A stretch of 64,000 nt of DNA from positions 16,573,532 through 16,637,531 of the forward strand of contig NC_057719.1 in assembly GCF_004010195.1 (NCBI RefSeq). Direction: 5' to 3'. The notes below the pieces were generated by a model that made no database searches, was not told where the DNA came from, and worked only from the letters and a program-made list of their open reading frames with translations. Origin of the DNA: Chiloscyllium plagiosum. Lineage: Eukaryota. Both the position numbers and the translations under genes were made by a program. Shown here one piece after another: positions 37,109-48,919 of the stretch (its first letter is position 1; each line of letters opens with the position of its first letter).

Positions 37109-39371
37109 TTGCAGGAAGGGAAAAAGTATTATCTGGGATTGTTAAACAGTGTTCTTTAAATCTTCCTCACCTAACTGATTTGTGCAGACTTGTATTGGGT
37201 AAATCTTGGAAATAATTCTAATGTTTAGACAGCGTACAAGTTATCTTTTAATTTCCAGAAGAAATGTTTCAATGTTGGGAATATTGACACTTAGCAAATA
37301 CCGGAAGCAGAAGTGAATCTGAACTCCCATTGTAGCTCAACTAAAAGCTAACATCAGAGAAAGCAGCCTGACAACACCTGGGAGATGGCAAGGTTGAAAA
37401 ATTCTACTGGTGTCTGCATGGAAGATTGACTGCACATCTACGCTGGTGTCACTAAGATGCCCTCCAAGGAAATGAAGAAGTAACAGCGAATAAAGACCAT
37501 TATTGAAGAGTATTGGTTGCATATGCGTTAAACCATATGAGGGCAGTTCCAACACTTAATTTAGTATAGAAAGTATTGGAATAGAACATCAGAAATAAAA
37601 CCAAATAGGGAACATATCTTGAGTTCTGAATTCTCAAGAAAACAATATCATGAATATATGAACAAAGAGCAGAAGGAGGCCATTCAGCCCTTTAGGTAGG
37701 CTCTGTCAGTTAACAAAATCGTGGCTGATCTGATTCTAACAAATCCACATTTCTTCCTGTACCTGCTAGTCTTTCACCCTTTTGCTTAATGATAATCTAG
37801 TCACCTGTACCTTAAAAATATTTGAATATTCTGCTTTCACTATCTCTTCAGAAAGGGTTTCAAAGACCCACAGCCCTCTAAGACAATTAGCCATATTGAT
37901 GTTTTAAATGTGGAATATCTGATTTTTAAACAATGACCCCCTCATAGATTCTCCTTAAGAATGAACACTCTCTCCATACCTATCCTGTCAAGATCCCTCA
38001 GGATCCAAATATTTCAATCATGTTGTCTGTTAACCTTCTGAACTCCAGAGAATACTAACCTAGCCTGTCCAACCTCTCTTAATTAGACAGCCTGCTCATT
38101 CCTGGTATTATTCTGGTGAACCTTTTTTTGAATTGCTTCCAATGCATTCTGGTCCTTCCTTAAATATGCTGACCAATAAGGTTTATAATACTTGACTTGT
38201 GTTTTCACCAATTCCCTGTAAATCGAAGCATAGCTTCTCAATTTTTGCATTCAATTCCCTCCATGATAAACGATAACATTCTACTAACCTTCCAAGTTAT
38301 TTGCTGTACTGACATATTAACCTTTTTGTGATTCATGCATTAGGACAGCAAGATCCCTCTGCATCTAAGAGCTCTACAATCTCTGACCATTTGATAGTAT
38401 GCTTCTTTATAATTCTTCCCATCAAAAAAGACTGAGTTCACATTTTCCCATATTTATACTCCATTTATTAGATCTTTGCCCATGCACTTAACCTATCTAT
38501 ATCCCTCACCTTCTTAATGCCCTTTTTACAACTGAATTTCCTGTCTAACCTTTGTGAGCAGCAATTTCGACCACCATGCATTCTACTCCTTCATGCAAGT
38601 TATTTATATAAATTGTAAACACTTGAAGCCCAACCCCACTTGCCAACCTGAATAGACCCATTTATTCCAACTCTTTGCTTCCTGTTAGCCAGTCAATCTT
38701 CAATTCATGTAAACATTTTACACCCTACAGCATATTTTCTCTAATAGCATTTGATGTGGTAGTTCAGCAAATGTTGTTGCAAATTAGAAATCCAAATACA
38801 GTATATTCACAGATTCCCCTTCATCCATCACATGTGATACCTCCTCAAAGAAATTGATTTGTCAAACATGATTTTCCTTTTTATTAAGCCATGTTGGCTC
38901 TCTCTGATTACCTTGAACTTATCAGTGTCCTGCCATAACTTCTTGAATGATGATTTCTAAATAGTTAAAAATCACACAACACCAGGTTATAGTCCAACAG
39001 GTTTAATTGGAAGCACTAGCTTTCGGAACACCGCCCCTTCAGGTGATTGTGGAGGACACAATTGTAAGGCACAGAACTTATAGCAAAAGTTTACAGTGTG
39101 ATATAACTGAAATTATACACTGAAAAATACCTTGATTGTCTGTTGAGTCTTTCATCTGTTCGAATACCATGATAGTTTCACTTCTTTCATGTGTAAATCA
39201 CAAAACCTTTTTTTAAAAGTTGCATTCTCAGGTTAGCTGTAACAATTGGTGTTAGCTCAACTAGCTAACACCAATTGTTACAGCTAACCTGAGAATGCAA
39301 CTTTTAAAAACAGGTTTTGTGATTTACACATGAAAGAAGTGATTCTGTTCACCGAGCTGGGAATTTGTGTT

Positions 39372-39411
39372 GCAGACGTTTCGTCCCCTGTCTAGGTGAC
39401 ATCCTCAGTGC
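39372..39411 (-). ncRNA. Minimal hammerhead ribozyme motif (family C, left arm)
   Basis: Reverse complement is identical to 40614-40653. Confidence 0.75.
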
Positions 39412-39559
39412 TTGGGAGCTCCTTTGAAGCGCTTCTGTGATGTTTCCTCTGGCATTTGTAGTGGTTTGAATCTGCCGCTTCTGGTTGTCAGTTCCAGCTG
39501 TACACTACAGTGGTCGGTATATTGGGTCCAGGTCGATGTGCTTATTGATTGAATCTGTG

Positions 39560-40102
39560 GATGAGTGCCATGCCTCCTGGTTGTTCTCTTTTTGGCTTGT
39601 CCTATAATAGTAGTGTTGTCCCAGTCGAATTCATGTTGCTTGTCATCTGCGTGTGTGGCCAATAAGGATAGCTGGTTGTGTCATTTCGTGGTTAGTTGGT
39701 GTTCATGAATGCAGATCGTTAGCTGTCTTCCTGTTTGTCCTATGTAGTGTTTTGTGCAGTCCTTGCATGGGATTTTGTACACTACATTGGTTTTGCTCAT
39801 GCTGGGTTTCAGGTCCTTCGTTCTGGTGAGTTGTTGTCTGAGAGTGGCTGTTGGTTTGTGTGCTGTTATGAGTCCTAGTGGTCGCAGTAGTCTGGCTGTC
39901 AGTTCGGAAATGCTCTTGATGTATGGTAGTGTGGCTAGTCCTTTGGGTATGGCTAGTCCTCATTCCGTTCTCTTTCCCTTAGGCATCTGTTGATGAAATT
40001 GCGCGGGTATCCGTTTTTGGCGAATACATTGTATAGGTGTTCTTCTTCCTCTTTTTGCAGTTCTGGTGTACTGCAGTGTGTTGTGGCCCTTTTGAATAGT
40101 GT
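39560..40102 (-). pseudogene. PLE polyprotein fragment: RT thumb/linker plus GIY-YIG endonuclease
   Basis: TLFKRATTHCSTPELQKEEEEHLYNVFAKNGYPRNFINRCL ... LPYIKSISELTARLLRPLG ... NVVYKIPCKDCTKHYIGQTGR ... HEFDWDNTTII, with frameshifts. Confidence 0.88.
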
Positions 40103-40520
40103 CAAGAGCATTTCTGAACTGACAGCCAGACTACCACTAGGACTCATAACAGCACACAAACCAACAGCCACTCTCAGACAACAACTCACCAGAACGAAGG
40201 ACCTGAAACCCTTCATGAGCAAAACCAATGTAGTGTACAAAATCCCATGCAAGGGCTTCACAAAACACTACACAGGACAAACAGGAAGACAGCTAACGAT
40301 CCACATCCATGAACACCAACTAGCCACGAAACGACACAACCAGCTATCCTTAGTAGCCACACACGCAGATGACAAGCAACATGAATTCGACTGGGACAAC
40401 ACTACCATTATAGGACAAGCCAAACAGAGAACAGCCAGGGAATTCCTGAGGCATGGCACTCATCCACAGATTCAATCAATAAGCACATCGACCTGGACCC
40501 AATATACCGACCACTGCAAC
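40102..40520 (+). pseudogene. PLE GIY-YIG endonuclease fragment
   Basis: Within ORF 39990-40763: NVVYKIPCKGFTKHYTGQTGRQLTIHIHEH...LVATHADDKQHEFDWDNTTIIGQAKQRTAREFL. Confidence 0.9.
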
Positions 40521-40613
40521 GGACAGCTGGAACTGACAACCGGAAGCGGCAGATTCAAACCACTACAAATGCCAGAGGAAAGATCACAGAAGCACTTCAC
40601 AGGAGGCTCCCAA

Positions 40614-40653
40614 GCACTGAGGATGTCACCTAGACAGGGGACGAAACGTCTGC
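40614..40653 (+). ncRNA. Minimal hammerhead ribozyme motif (family C, right arm)
   Basis: gca-CTGAGGA-T-GTC(a)CCT(agac)AGG(g)GAC-GAAA-CG-TC^tgc. Confidence 0.75.
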
Positions 40654-42664
40654 AACACAAATTCCCAGCTCGGCGAACAGAACCACAACAACGAGCACCC
40701 GAGCTACAAATCTTCTCACAAACTATGAAAGAAGTGAAACTATCATGGTATTTGAACAGATGAAAGACTCAACAGACAATCAAGGTATTTTTCAATGTAT
40801 AATTTCAGTTACATCACACTGTAAACTTCTGCTATAAATTCTATGCCTTACATTGTGTCCTCCACAATCATCTGATGATGGAGCGGTGCTCTGAAAGCTA
40901 GTGCTTCCAATTAAACCTATTGGACTATAACCTGGTGTTGAGTGATTTTTAATTTTGTACACTCCAGTCCAACACCGGCATCTCCAAATCATGATTTCTA
41001 AATATTCCTTATGAGAGATACTAAGCTGACTGCCCTATGGTTTCCAGCTTTATGTGTCTCTTTTTGAATAGAGGAGTTATATTTTGCTACATTCCAATCT
41101 AATGGGACCTTCACAAAATCAAGTGAGTTTGGGAAAATTAAAATCAAAGCACCAACTCTCTGTAGTCTCTTAAGGTCTTAGAGGGAATTCCACTGGAAAC
41201 AGAGTCTGTTTCCATGCTATACATCTCTATGACCAGTGTAGGCCTCAGTAAATAGCCTTCACACACGCAGATGGACAAAAATTAACAAATCTCACAGCTT
41301 TTCTCTGTTATAGCAGGCCCCAGTGCCCTATTATTCCAACACATTGTCTCCATTTCAGTGTAAAGGGACAAAATTTGAATGTGGACTTTGTTGATGAGTT
41401 GCAGAAAATTACCTTTGGTTGTGATTTTGTCACAGGTTCATTTATTGTAATGCTCTTTTAGCCTTTAAGTGAAGTTTGCATTATAGCTGATGTATAGATC
41501 AAGAAAGACATTGTGAATGCACACTTTCAAGGGCAGTATTTTGACTGGATGTGCATTTTAGAGATTAAGCTGCATGCCTGTGTTCCCAAAACTGCCCCCC
41601 CCCCCAGTGAAGCACCCAGAAGGAGATAAAACTTATAAACCTAGCCCCAGTCTCTCTCTTTGCTTCATTTTTATCCATTGCAAAATCCTTCATTAGACAA
41701 TTGGATTTCTGGGCCGCATGGGAACTTGTCCCTCTGTTTAAAGCCAAGTTCCCAAGGAATCTGCACCTGGAGAACTTATGTTTGCCCACTCTCTTTCAAG
41801 GGCATCACACTTGCCAGCATCCAAGACAATTAATTAGGTACATGTTGGTCAAAGCAAGGTTTGAAGATCCTCAATGACGTTAGCTATCATGTTGGATTCA
41901 GCAGCAACACCTTGTCTTTTTTGTAGTCCTGATAGAATTATGAAACAAAACTTGGCACCAATCAATGTAGGGAACATCACTAAATCTTTGTTAATGTGGT
42001 AGATTTTAAGCATAATTTTGAAGGAGAAAAAAGGGAGCAAGCGAGTTCAAGTCGGTGAGGGAGGTAATTCCAAAGCTCGGAGCCTGACTAGCTGTGACCA
42101 CCAATACAGGAGGCTAGCTAAAATAGTGCTTCTGCCCACAGTGTTGGTAATCTTCCTGCTCTTAATCATATGAGGACCGCCACTATCCTTTTCTATTTGT
42201 TTGCAAATACTGGAGGAAGAACCACAGTAACTTCAAATTCTATTAATATGATGGATAGGTGAGACCCTCGTTCGCAGTGACATTGAATATTATAGAGCTG
42301 TCTTGGTCTGGTATGAGATTTTTGAGCTGCACAGAGCATTTCAAATGCACATTGTAAGTACCTTGATTCCAAAGGGACCTCACTTTGCCTCGCTGAGCCT
42401 CCAAAGGAATTAATTTGTTCTGATCTGAGATTGGAATGATGTATTGAAGATATGACCATACCGCAGCGACCTTCAATCGTTTTAACTTTACCTTTATTCG
42501 AACTTTTATTTAAATTTTACAAATAAAAATTTTAACTATTTGCAATTTAATGAAGTAGCTGTGAAGCAAGAGTGAGGCAAGACACAGATTATGGTGTCAT
42601 AGGAAGTCAAAATGTTTGGTTTGTGATTTGTATAATTTATTTGATCTATTTTCTCTCTCCCAGT

Positions 42665-42930
42665 TTTTTTTAACAATTCACTTTTGGGAAGTTGGTCTCT
42701 TTGGCTAGGCTGGCATTTATTGCTCATTCCCATTTACCCTGGGACCAAATAGCTTGCTCTGCCACTTCAGAGGGCAATTCAGAATCAACCACATTGCTGT
42801 GGGTCTGGAGTCACATGTAGGCAGGACCAAGTGTGGATAGTAGGTTATCTTCCCTTAAGTACATCAGTGAATAAGATGGATCTTTAGAAAAGTCTACAGT
42901 AGTGACAGAGTCACAATTAGGCTACTTTTT
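42665..42930 (-). mobile_element. Same SINE family as 33932-34252
   Basis: GGCATTTATTGCTCATTCCC...CAACCACATTGCTGTGGGTCTGGAGTCACATGTAGGC. Confidence 0.7.
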
Positions 42931-43779
42931 TTTAAATTGCAGAGTTTTGTTAGTCCACTGACATTACCACTGTACCACCATTTCCTCATTCAGTTGGCAG
43001 TGCTGATAACTCCAAAAGCTGCTTGCTTCTCCTTTGCATGGCAAAGTGCTTCTGTTGTGAGTGTTTTTGGAATGTCACTTGATGTGCTATGTCATAAATG
43101 TCAGGTATCGACCAGATTGGATCTGACACTCCTATTTCAACCTTGATTCCCAGCTTGGCCTTGCTGACCTGAGGGAGCTTTGTTTTGTGTTACGGGAGTT
43201 GTAAGTTGGGCTTGAGGTGAAATGGTTCAGAGGTTGAGCATTCCTTCAGAGGAGCGGGCAGGGAAGAGAAGGAGCTGACAGCTGATTGTTGAAGGAGCAA
43301 GTTAGACCTCGAGCAGCACATTTGTGTCTGTGTAAGGAAGCAGTCCAGCAATAAACAGTGACATATTGAGGGTATCAGTTGAAGACGACAACAAGGCAAC
43401 TTTGGATTTGCCTTTACGTGTTCTCATAGAATGGATGGTCACCTTTACTGCATATCTGCTCCAAGTTGAATGGCGTGGATTGAGAAGCAAAGTGTGCTAT
43501 TTTAAACTCTCCTCAGTACCAACCTGCTCCTTCACACAGTATCTGTCTGTTACTCGTGATTTAATTTTCCTCCCCCTTCTTGCACATGCTGACTCGATTT
43601 ATTTATTTGCTGATACCAAATCTAGATCTATTCAGAGAGCTTTCTAAAGAGTTAGCTGTTGCTCAGCTGTAAAGCACTCTTCCTGTGAATTGAGAGGTTG
43701 CAGGTTCAAAGTCCACTCGAGATTTGATGCAAAATATGTACTGAGCTGGTAGTGGGCTGACAGTGCCCTCTTTCGTGGG

Positions 43780-44930
43780 AAGTATTGGCAAAAATTTTAA
43801 GAATGCATGGACTAACTGCAAAAGTTATTCATCCCAGTCTGGCATAAAAGTAAAACCGGAAACATGGGCAAACAATGGCTAAGAAGAGAAAGTAAGGACA
43901 GGATTTCTGTGAGAGTCTTACAAATTAATCAAAAAAGCAATAGTCGTGAGGATTGGGAACAGCAAAGGGAGGCAAAAAGACTGATCAAAAGGGGGAAAAT
44001 AATGCATGAAACTAAGCTTGCTGGGAACTTTCAAACTGATAATAAGACCTTCTGTCGGAATGTGAAAGAAAGATAAGTAGGGGTGAATATATGTCCTTCA
44101 CAGTCAGAAACAGAGGAGTGTATACTGGGGAACAAAAAGATGGCAGACCAGATGCTGTAGGGAGGATGCAGAGAACCTTTGATATAATTTGGATAAGTTA
44201 AGTAAATAAATAAATTGCAGATGCCACAAGATGTGGATAAATGTTAGGTTATCCACTTGGGTAGAAAAAACAATCAAGTTGATTATGATTTGCTGACAAC
44301 AGATTGGGAAAGGAGGAGGTGCAGTGAGACCTCGGTATCCTTGTATACCAGTTGCTGAAAGTCAGCTGTTAGTCTTCATAGTCAGCAGGCGTGTCTTTCT
44401 ACAATTGTACGGGGCATTGGTAAGACCACAGCTGGAATATCTTGGGCAGTTTGGAGGGAGTGCAACAGACTTTTACCAGACTAATTCCTGGGTTGGCAGG
44501 ACTGATGTATGGGAAGAGACTGGATCAGTTAGGACTATATTCACCAGAGTTTAGAAGAATTAGGAGATCTCATAGAAATCTATGCAGTTCTAACAGGTAG
44601 ATGCAGGAAGGATGTCTGATAACTGAGGACTCTCGAACCAGGGGTTTCAATCTAAGGGTAAGGGGTAGGCCTTTTAGGACAGAGATGATGAATTTCTTCT
44701 TCCAGAGAGTGGTTAGCCTGTGCCACAGAAAGCAGCTGAGGCCAAAACATGGAAGATTTGCAAGAAAGATGTAAATATAGTTCTTCGAACTAAAGGGATC
44801 AAAGGGTACGGGGAGAAAACGGGAACAGGATCCTGAGTTAGATGATTAGTCACGATTGTATTGAATGATGAAACAGTCTTGAAGGGCTGAATGGCCTACA
44901 CTTGCTCCTACACTCTGTGTTTCTATGAGA
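43780..44930 (+). mobile_element. CR1 LINE with multiple internal deletions
   Basis: KQWLRRE..., ETKLAGN..TDNKTFCRNVK and LQLYGALVRPQLEY, then the 3'UTR GAAGGGCTGAATGGCCTAC...TTTCTATG. Related to 23192-25386. Confidence 0.82.
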
Positions 44931-45429
44931 CATTGCCAAGTCTCAACCAGTGCCACATAAATGCACATTGTCTTTCTTTTTACCTGCATCTACTGTTGCT
45001 GCACTCTGTACCTTGACAATCTGATAGGGAAATGCACATATTTAGGGAAACCAGGGTTCTTATACAGTTCACTGTCTCACATTTCTCAAACTCCAGCACT
45101 TGAAGCAATCAATATGTTGTTTTTTGAATACTTTGTTATTTTGGTGTAAAATAAGTAATCGTTTCTTTATGTCCTACTCGTCCTCTGAATTAGAGTTGTT
45201 GGCAAAAGTGCCTAAAGCAGACACTTGAAACCACGGTGGAATTATGGCGTGATGCCAAGTTAGCGTGTACAGTGCCTTCTTGATTCATTGTGGTTGGGAG
45301 GTGTTTTCTATCAAGTGTCTTTCATCTGTCAACCAAGTTAATTATAAGCAAAGAAACCTAGTGATGTTGCCTGTTTGCACTCTGACCTTCAGTGTAATGG
45401 GAAGAGTGCAAAGAACATGAAGTGTTTTT

Positions 45430-45995
45430 AAAAGAGAAAAGAAATTACTGTGCTTTTTGTAAGCACCGGACGCTTCACAGCACTTTCCAGCCATTGTAAT
45501 ATATTTGAAATGTAGTCACAGTTTAATGTGGGAAATGCAACAATCAATTTGTACATAGTAATCTTCCACAAACAGCATACGGTAATGATAAGATCGTTGA
45601 GGCATTCAAGAGGGCTTTGGATGGTTATTTGGATAGAAGTGGTTGGTAGGGAAATGGGGAAAAGGCAGGAGATTGGCACTATGTAATAGATCTGATACAG
45701 GCAGAATGGGCCTGTGATTCTAAAGTACTGTGTTTTTTGTGTGATGGTGGTTGAGGGTTGACATTGGCATAATGCTGAGGATGACTCTTCTGCTCTTCAA
45801 CAAAATAATATGATTGGGATCTTTTGCTTAAGAGGGAGCTTAATATCTTCTCCAAAAGACAACGCATCTATTATGTAGCACTCTGTCAGGACCGTGCTGT
45901 GTTGACCAGGATTTTTGATCCCCGGAGCTGGAGTGCACCTTGCAATTGGAACATTATGACTCTGAGGTGAGAGTGCTTCTGGCTAAACCACAGTC
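45430..45995 (-). mobile_element. DeuSINE interrupted by a short CR1 3' end (~45593-45722, +)
   Basis: CCACAAACAGCA...[GGCATTCAAGAGGGCTTTGGATG...GATTCTA]...GGTTGAGGG...TCTGCTCTTC...TGACTCTGAGGTGAGAGTGCT. Confidence 0.65.
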
Positions 45996-46294
45996 ATCAA
46001 CTGATACAGGCAGAATGGGCCTGTGATTCTAAAGTACTGTGTTTTTTGTGTGATGGTGGTTGAGGGTTGACATTGGCATAATGCTGAGGATGACTCTTCT
46101 GCTCTTCAACAAAATAATATGATTGGGATCTTTTGCTTAAGAGGGAGCTTAATATCTTCTCCAAAAGACAACGCATCTATTATGTAGCACTCTGTCAGGA
46201 CCGTGCTGTGTTGACCAGGAGCTGGAGTGCACCTTGCAATTGGAACATTATGACTCTGAGGTGAGAGTGCTTCTGGCTAAACCACAGTCATCAA
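45692..46294. repeat. Tandem duplication, 309 bp + 294 bp
   Basis: 45692-46000 and 46001-46294 appear identical except for 15 bp (TTTTTGATCCCCGGA) missing from copy 2. Confidence 0.95.
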
Positions 46295-46589
46295 AGCCAT
46301 AGTTCTGAGCAACTTCAATCTGTGTTGTGGCTAATGATGGGACTTGGGTTCAAATAGGGGCTTTAGTCATACTTGCCTTGTTGCATAGTGAACCCTAACC
46401 TAATCCTAGAATAAGTCCCATTTTAATGAAGGATAACTGAAGACTTTTTCCCCTAACTGACTGCTAAATCTTCATTTCCCTGTAGAACACATGAAAGTTA
46501 ACAACCCAGGTATATCCTGAGACAGTTGCTGTCAAGACTGAGATTGTTAAGCAAACAATTGTTTGATGAACTGTCAAAACACTTTTCAT

Positions 46590-46925
46590 TTGTTTTTCTC
46601 CATTGTTTTGTGGATGTGGGTATTGCTAGCCTTGTTGCCCATCCCTTATTGCTCTTCCCAGGCCATTGCAGAGATTATTTAAGAGCCACTCACATTGCTG
46701 TGGATCTGGAATTACATGCAGGCCAGATCAGGTAAGGATGGCAGATTACCGTCTCTAGATAGAATTAGTGAACTAGACTTTTACAACAATTGATTGTTCC
46801 ATACTCCTCATTCCTGGGACTAGTTTTCTGTTCCAGAATTATGAATGGCTTTTAAATTCCACAAGCAGACATGCTGGCTTTAACCCATGAGTCCAGAGCA
46901 TTAGCCTGAGTCCCTGGATTACAAA
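46590..46925 (-). mobile_element. Same SINE family as 33932-34252
   Basis: TTGCCCATCCCTTATTGC...CACATTGCTGTGGATCTGGA...GGTAAGGATGGCAGATT...CCCTGGATTAC. Confidence 0.7.
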
Positions 46926-47366
46926 ATTTGCTGACAATTTACATTGTTAAGCTCAGAGCACAAATACCCTAGGCTCTGTCCTGGGTGATCAGTCATGATG
47001 TTTGATTGGTAAAACAGGTTCAATGGGCTGAAGATCATATTCCTTTTGCTCTTCGTGGGGAATAGAAGAGATGTGAATGTGAGAGGATGTTTGTTTCAAG
47101 CAATATCGTACGCTTTATTAATCCCAATGAGATTAGCATAAGGAGCAGGGCATTGGTTACAGGAGTCACACTGTAACATGTCACAGACCATGATGTTGAG
47201 GTGCAGGTCATCCATGCTGTAATTGACTGATGGGGGTAGACTCAAGCATTTGAAAGGTTGGCTTCCTGTTCCTATGTTACTAGTTTTCAGAATTCAGAGT
47301 TCTGGTTGTTCATCTGAAAACCTGCAAAGGTTATAAGCCCACCACAGACAAGGTTCACATTGTTGA

Positions 47367-47574
47367 GACAGTATAGTGAGGAAAGCCACTTGCACTGTTC
47401 CTTATGCTCCAATAAGTGAGGTCCAGCCAGGTATGGTGTGATCTTGGAAAAGCGCAGCAGGTCAGGCAGCATCTAGGGAACAGGAGAATCAACGTTTCGA
47501 CAGTATAGTGAGGAAAGCCACTTGCACTGTTCCTTATGCTCCAATAAGTGAGGTCCAGCCAGGTATGGTGTGAT
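47367..47574. repeat. 76-bp direct duplication flanking a 56-bp PLE family A fragment
   Basis: 47367-47442 equals 47499-47574. Insert 47443-47498 is CTTGGAAAAGCGCAGCAGGTCAGGCAGCATCTAGGGAACAGGAGAATCAACGTTTC. Confidence 0.92.
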
Positions 47575-47949
47575 TTTGCTTGACTGGACAGTAAACCTGT
47601 CTTTGTTTAAACACTAAGTGTCTCTTCTCGCCCACACAGTCAGACAGCATTTTTCTTCCTCTCTCCAAATAATTTGAAAGCAATTCATTAAGAAATGTAT
47701 TGATAGACAAAGAAAAAATGCACAATTCCTTTGCAGTGCCCACAATGACTTTTGCGAGCTCTGGAGTTTGTGATCCCAGCACATTCATATTTAACTTCTG
47801 GAAGCTTTGAGATAATCCTGGAGGATTGGCAATGCTTATGGAGGTACTATATCTTGTGGAAGGTGAAGGACTTTGCAAACTCAACATATATTTAAAATCC
47901 ATTGGCAAATGTTGTGCAGTTTAATTGGTGAAAGTGGGAAGATGGCATT

Positions 47950-48160
47950 TTTAAAAGAAATTCACTCGTGGGATATGGGCATCACTGAAGGGTCAGCTTT
48001 TATTGCCCGTCTCTAGTTGCTCTCAAAAGGATGGTGGTGAACTTCCTTTTAGATGCAGTCGGTGTGCTGAGAATGAGCCAAAAGTGCTGTTGGGTAGAAA
48101 ATTCCAGGATTTTGACTCAACAACACTGAAGGAATGGCAATATATTTCCCAGTCAGGATG
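47950..48160 (-). mobile_element. LINE 3' end (GGCAATAAA-type tail)
   Basis: TTCACTCGTGGGATATGGGCATCACTG...TTTATTGCCC...TTCCAGGATTTTGAC...AGTCAGGATG. Confidence 0.7.
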
Positions 48161-48919
48161 ACTTACAATCACTAGTCTGAATGATGACTGTGCCTGTTCA
48201 AAAAGACATTGAGGAAATATTCCTGCTCACTTCAATTGCTACAAAAGAAATGTTATCAATCCTCAAACCTCCCTCAAATCTCCTAAACCATTGTTTATTT
48301 TGTTTCTCGTTTTGGAAAAAGAAAAATCTTAGTTTCCCAAGTGGGTTATTTCATAAAGGCAACTTCTGCAGCAGCTGTAGGCTGAAACACAGTGCAGGCA
48401 CTGCTGACATCTTTTGTATCCACTGATGGACTGAGTACATACCTATAGTTTTGTTTCCATTCATCAGCCTGGCTATATCTTCTCAAATCGTCAGAAAGGT
48501 CCTTGTGGCTTAAACGCAAACTCCTCATTTGTGGTTTGCAAACAATTGTGGTGTTGAATTTTCTTTTTGACTGTATAGAAGTCTCAAAAACAGAATGGCT
48601 TCCTTGCCATGGATGGTTTCCAAACTGGCTTATGAAGGACTGCGTTTGGGCAAAGGTGGCAAAAGTTATTTGACACTAGTTCCACATGTGGGTTGCAAAG
48701 TGTGTAGGTGCGTACCAACCTGAATTGAGTTAGGACAGAGACTTGGGAAAGGACTTATGAACCAAAGCAACGTAATCATTTTGAAATGGAAAACTATGTG
48801 GTGAAACTGAAAAGCAAAGAGAAAGTAAAACCAGTGTGTCTAGTCAGAACAGTGTTTTCACACATTAACTAGTGGTAGAGTCAGATGCACAGAAATTGAT
48901 TTCCCAGGAGAATCAGTGT

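Larger units (their letters stand above)
39343..40724. mobile_element. Fold-back PLE family C (Poseidon-like) element (inner)
   Basis: Minus arm 39343-~40102, plus arm ~40102-40724 with a 42-nt tail. Exact 13-bp TSD ATGAAAGAAGTGA at 39330-39342 / 40725-40737. Confidence 0.93.
38964..40990. mobile_element. Fold-back PLE family B element (outer) containing a second PLE
   Basis: Left arm 38964-39257, 5-nt spacer, right arm 39263-39342 plus 40738-40990 with tail. Exact 14-bp TSD ATGATTTCTAAATA at 38950-38963 / 40991-41004. Confidence 0.92.
37655..41180 (-). mobile_element. Old CR1 LINE 3' portion interrupted by the nested PLE block
   Basis: CR1 3'UTR at 37655 (GAGGCCATTCAGCCC) and decayed RT to 38949 (GTCAAACATGATTTTCC = GKSCLT on the minus strand). 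Sequence resumes colinearly at 41005 (ACTAAGCTGACTG). Confidence 0.85.

Noticed and set aside
39990..40763. 257-aa ORF as an intact gene
   Set aside because: It is a chimera across the fold-back junction. The N-terminus is antisense PLE sequence and the C-terminus is frameshifted; only the middle is GIY-YIG.
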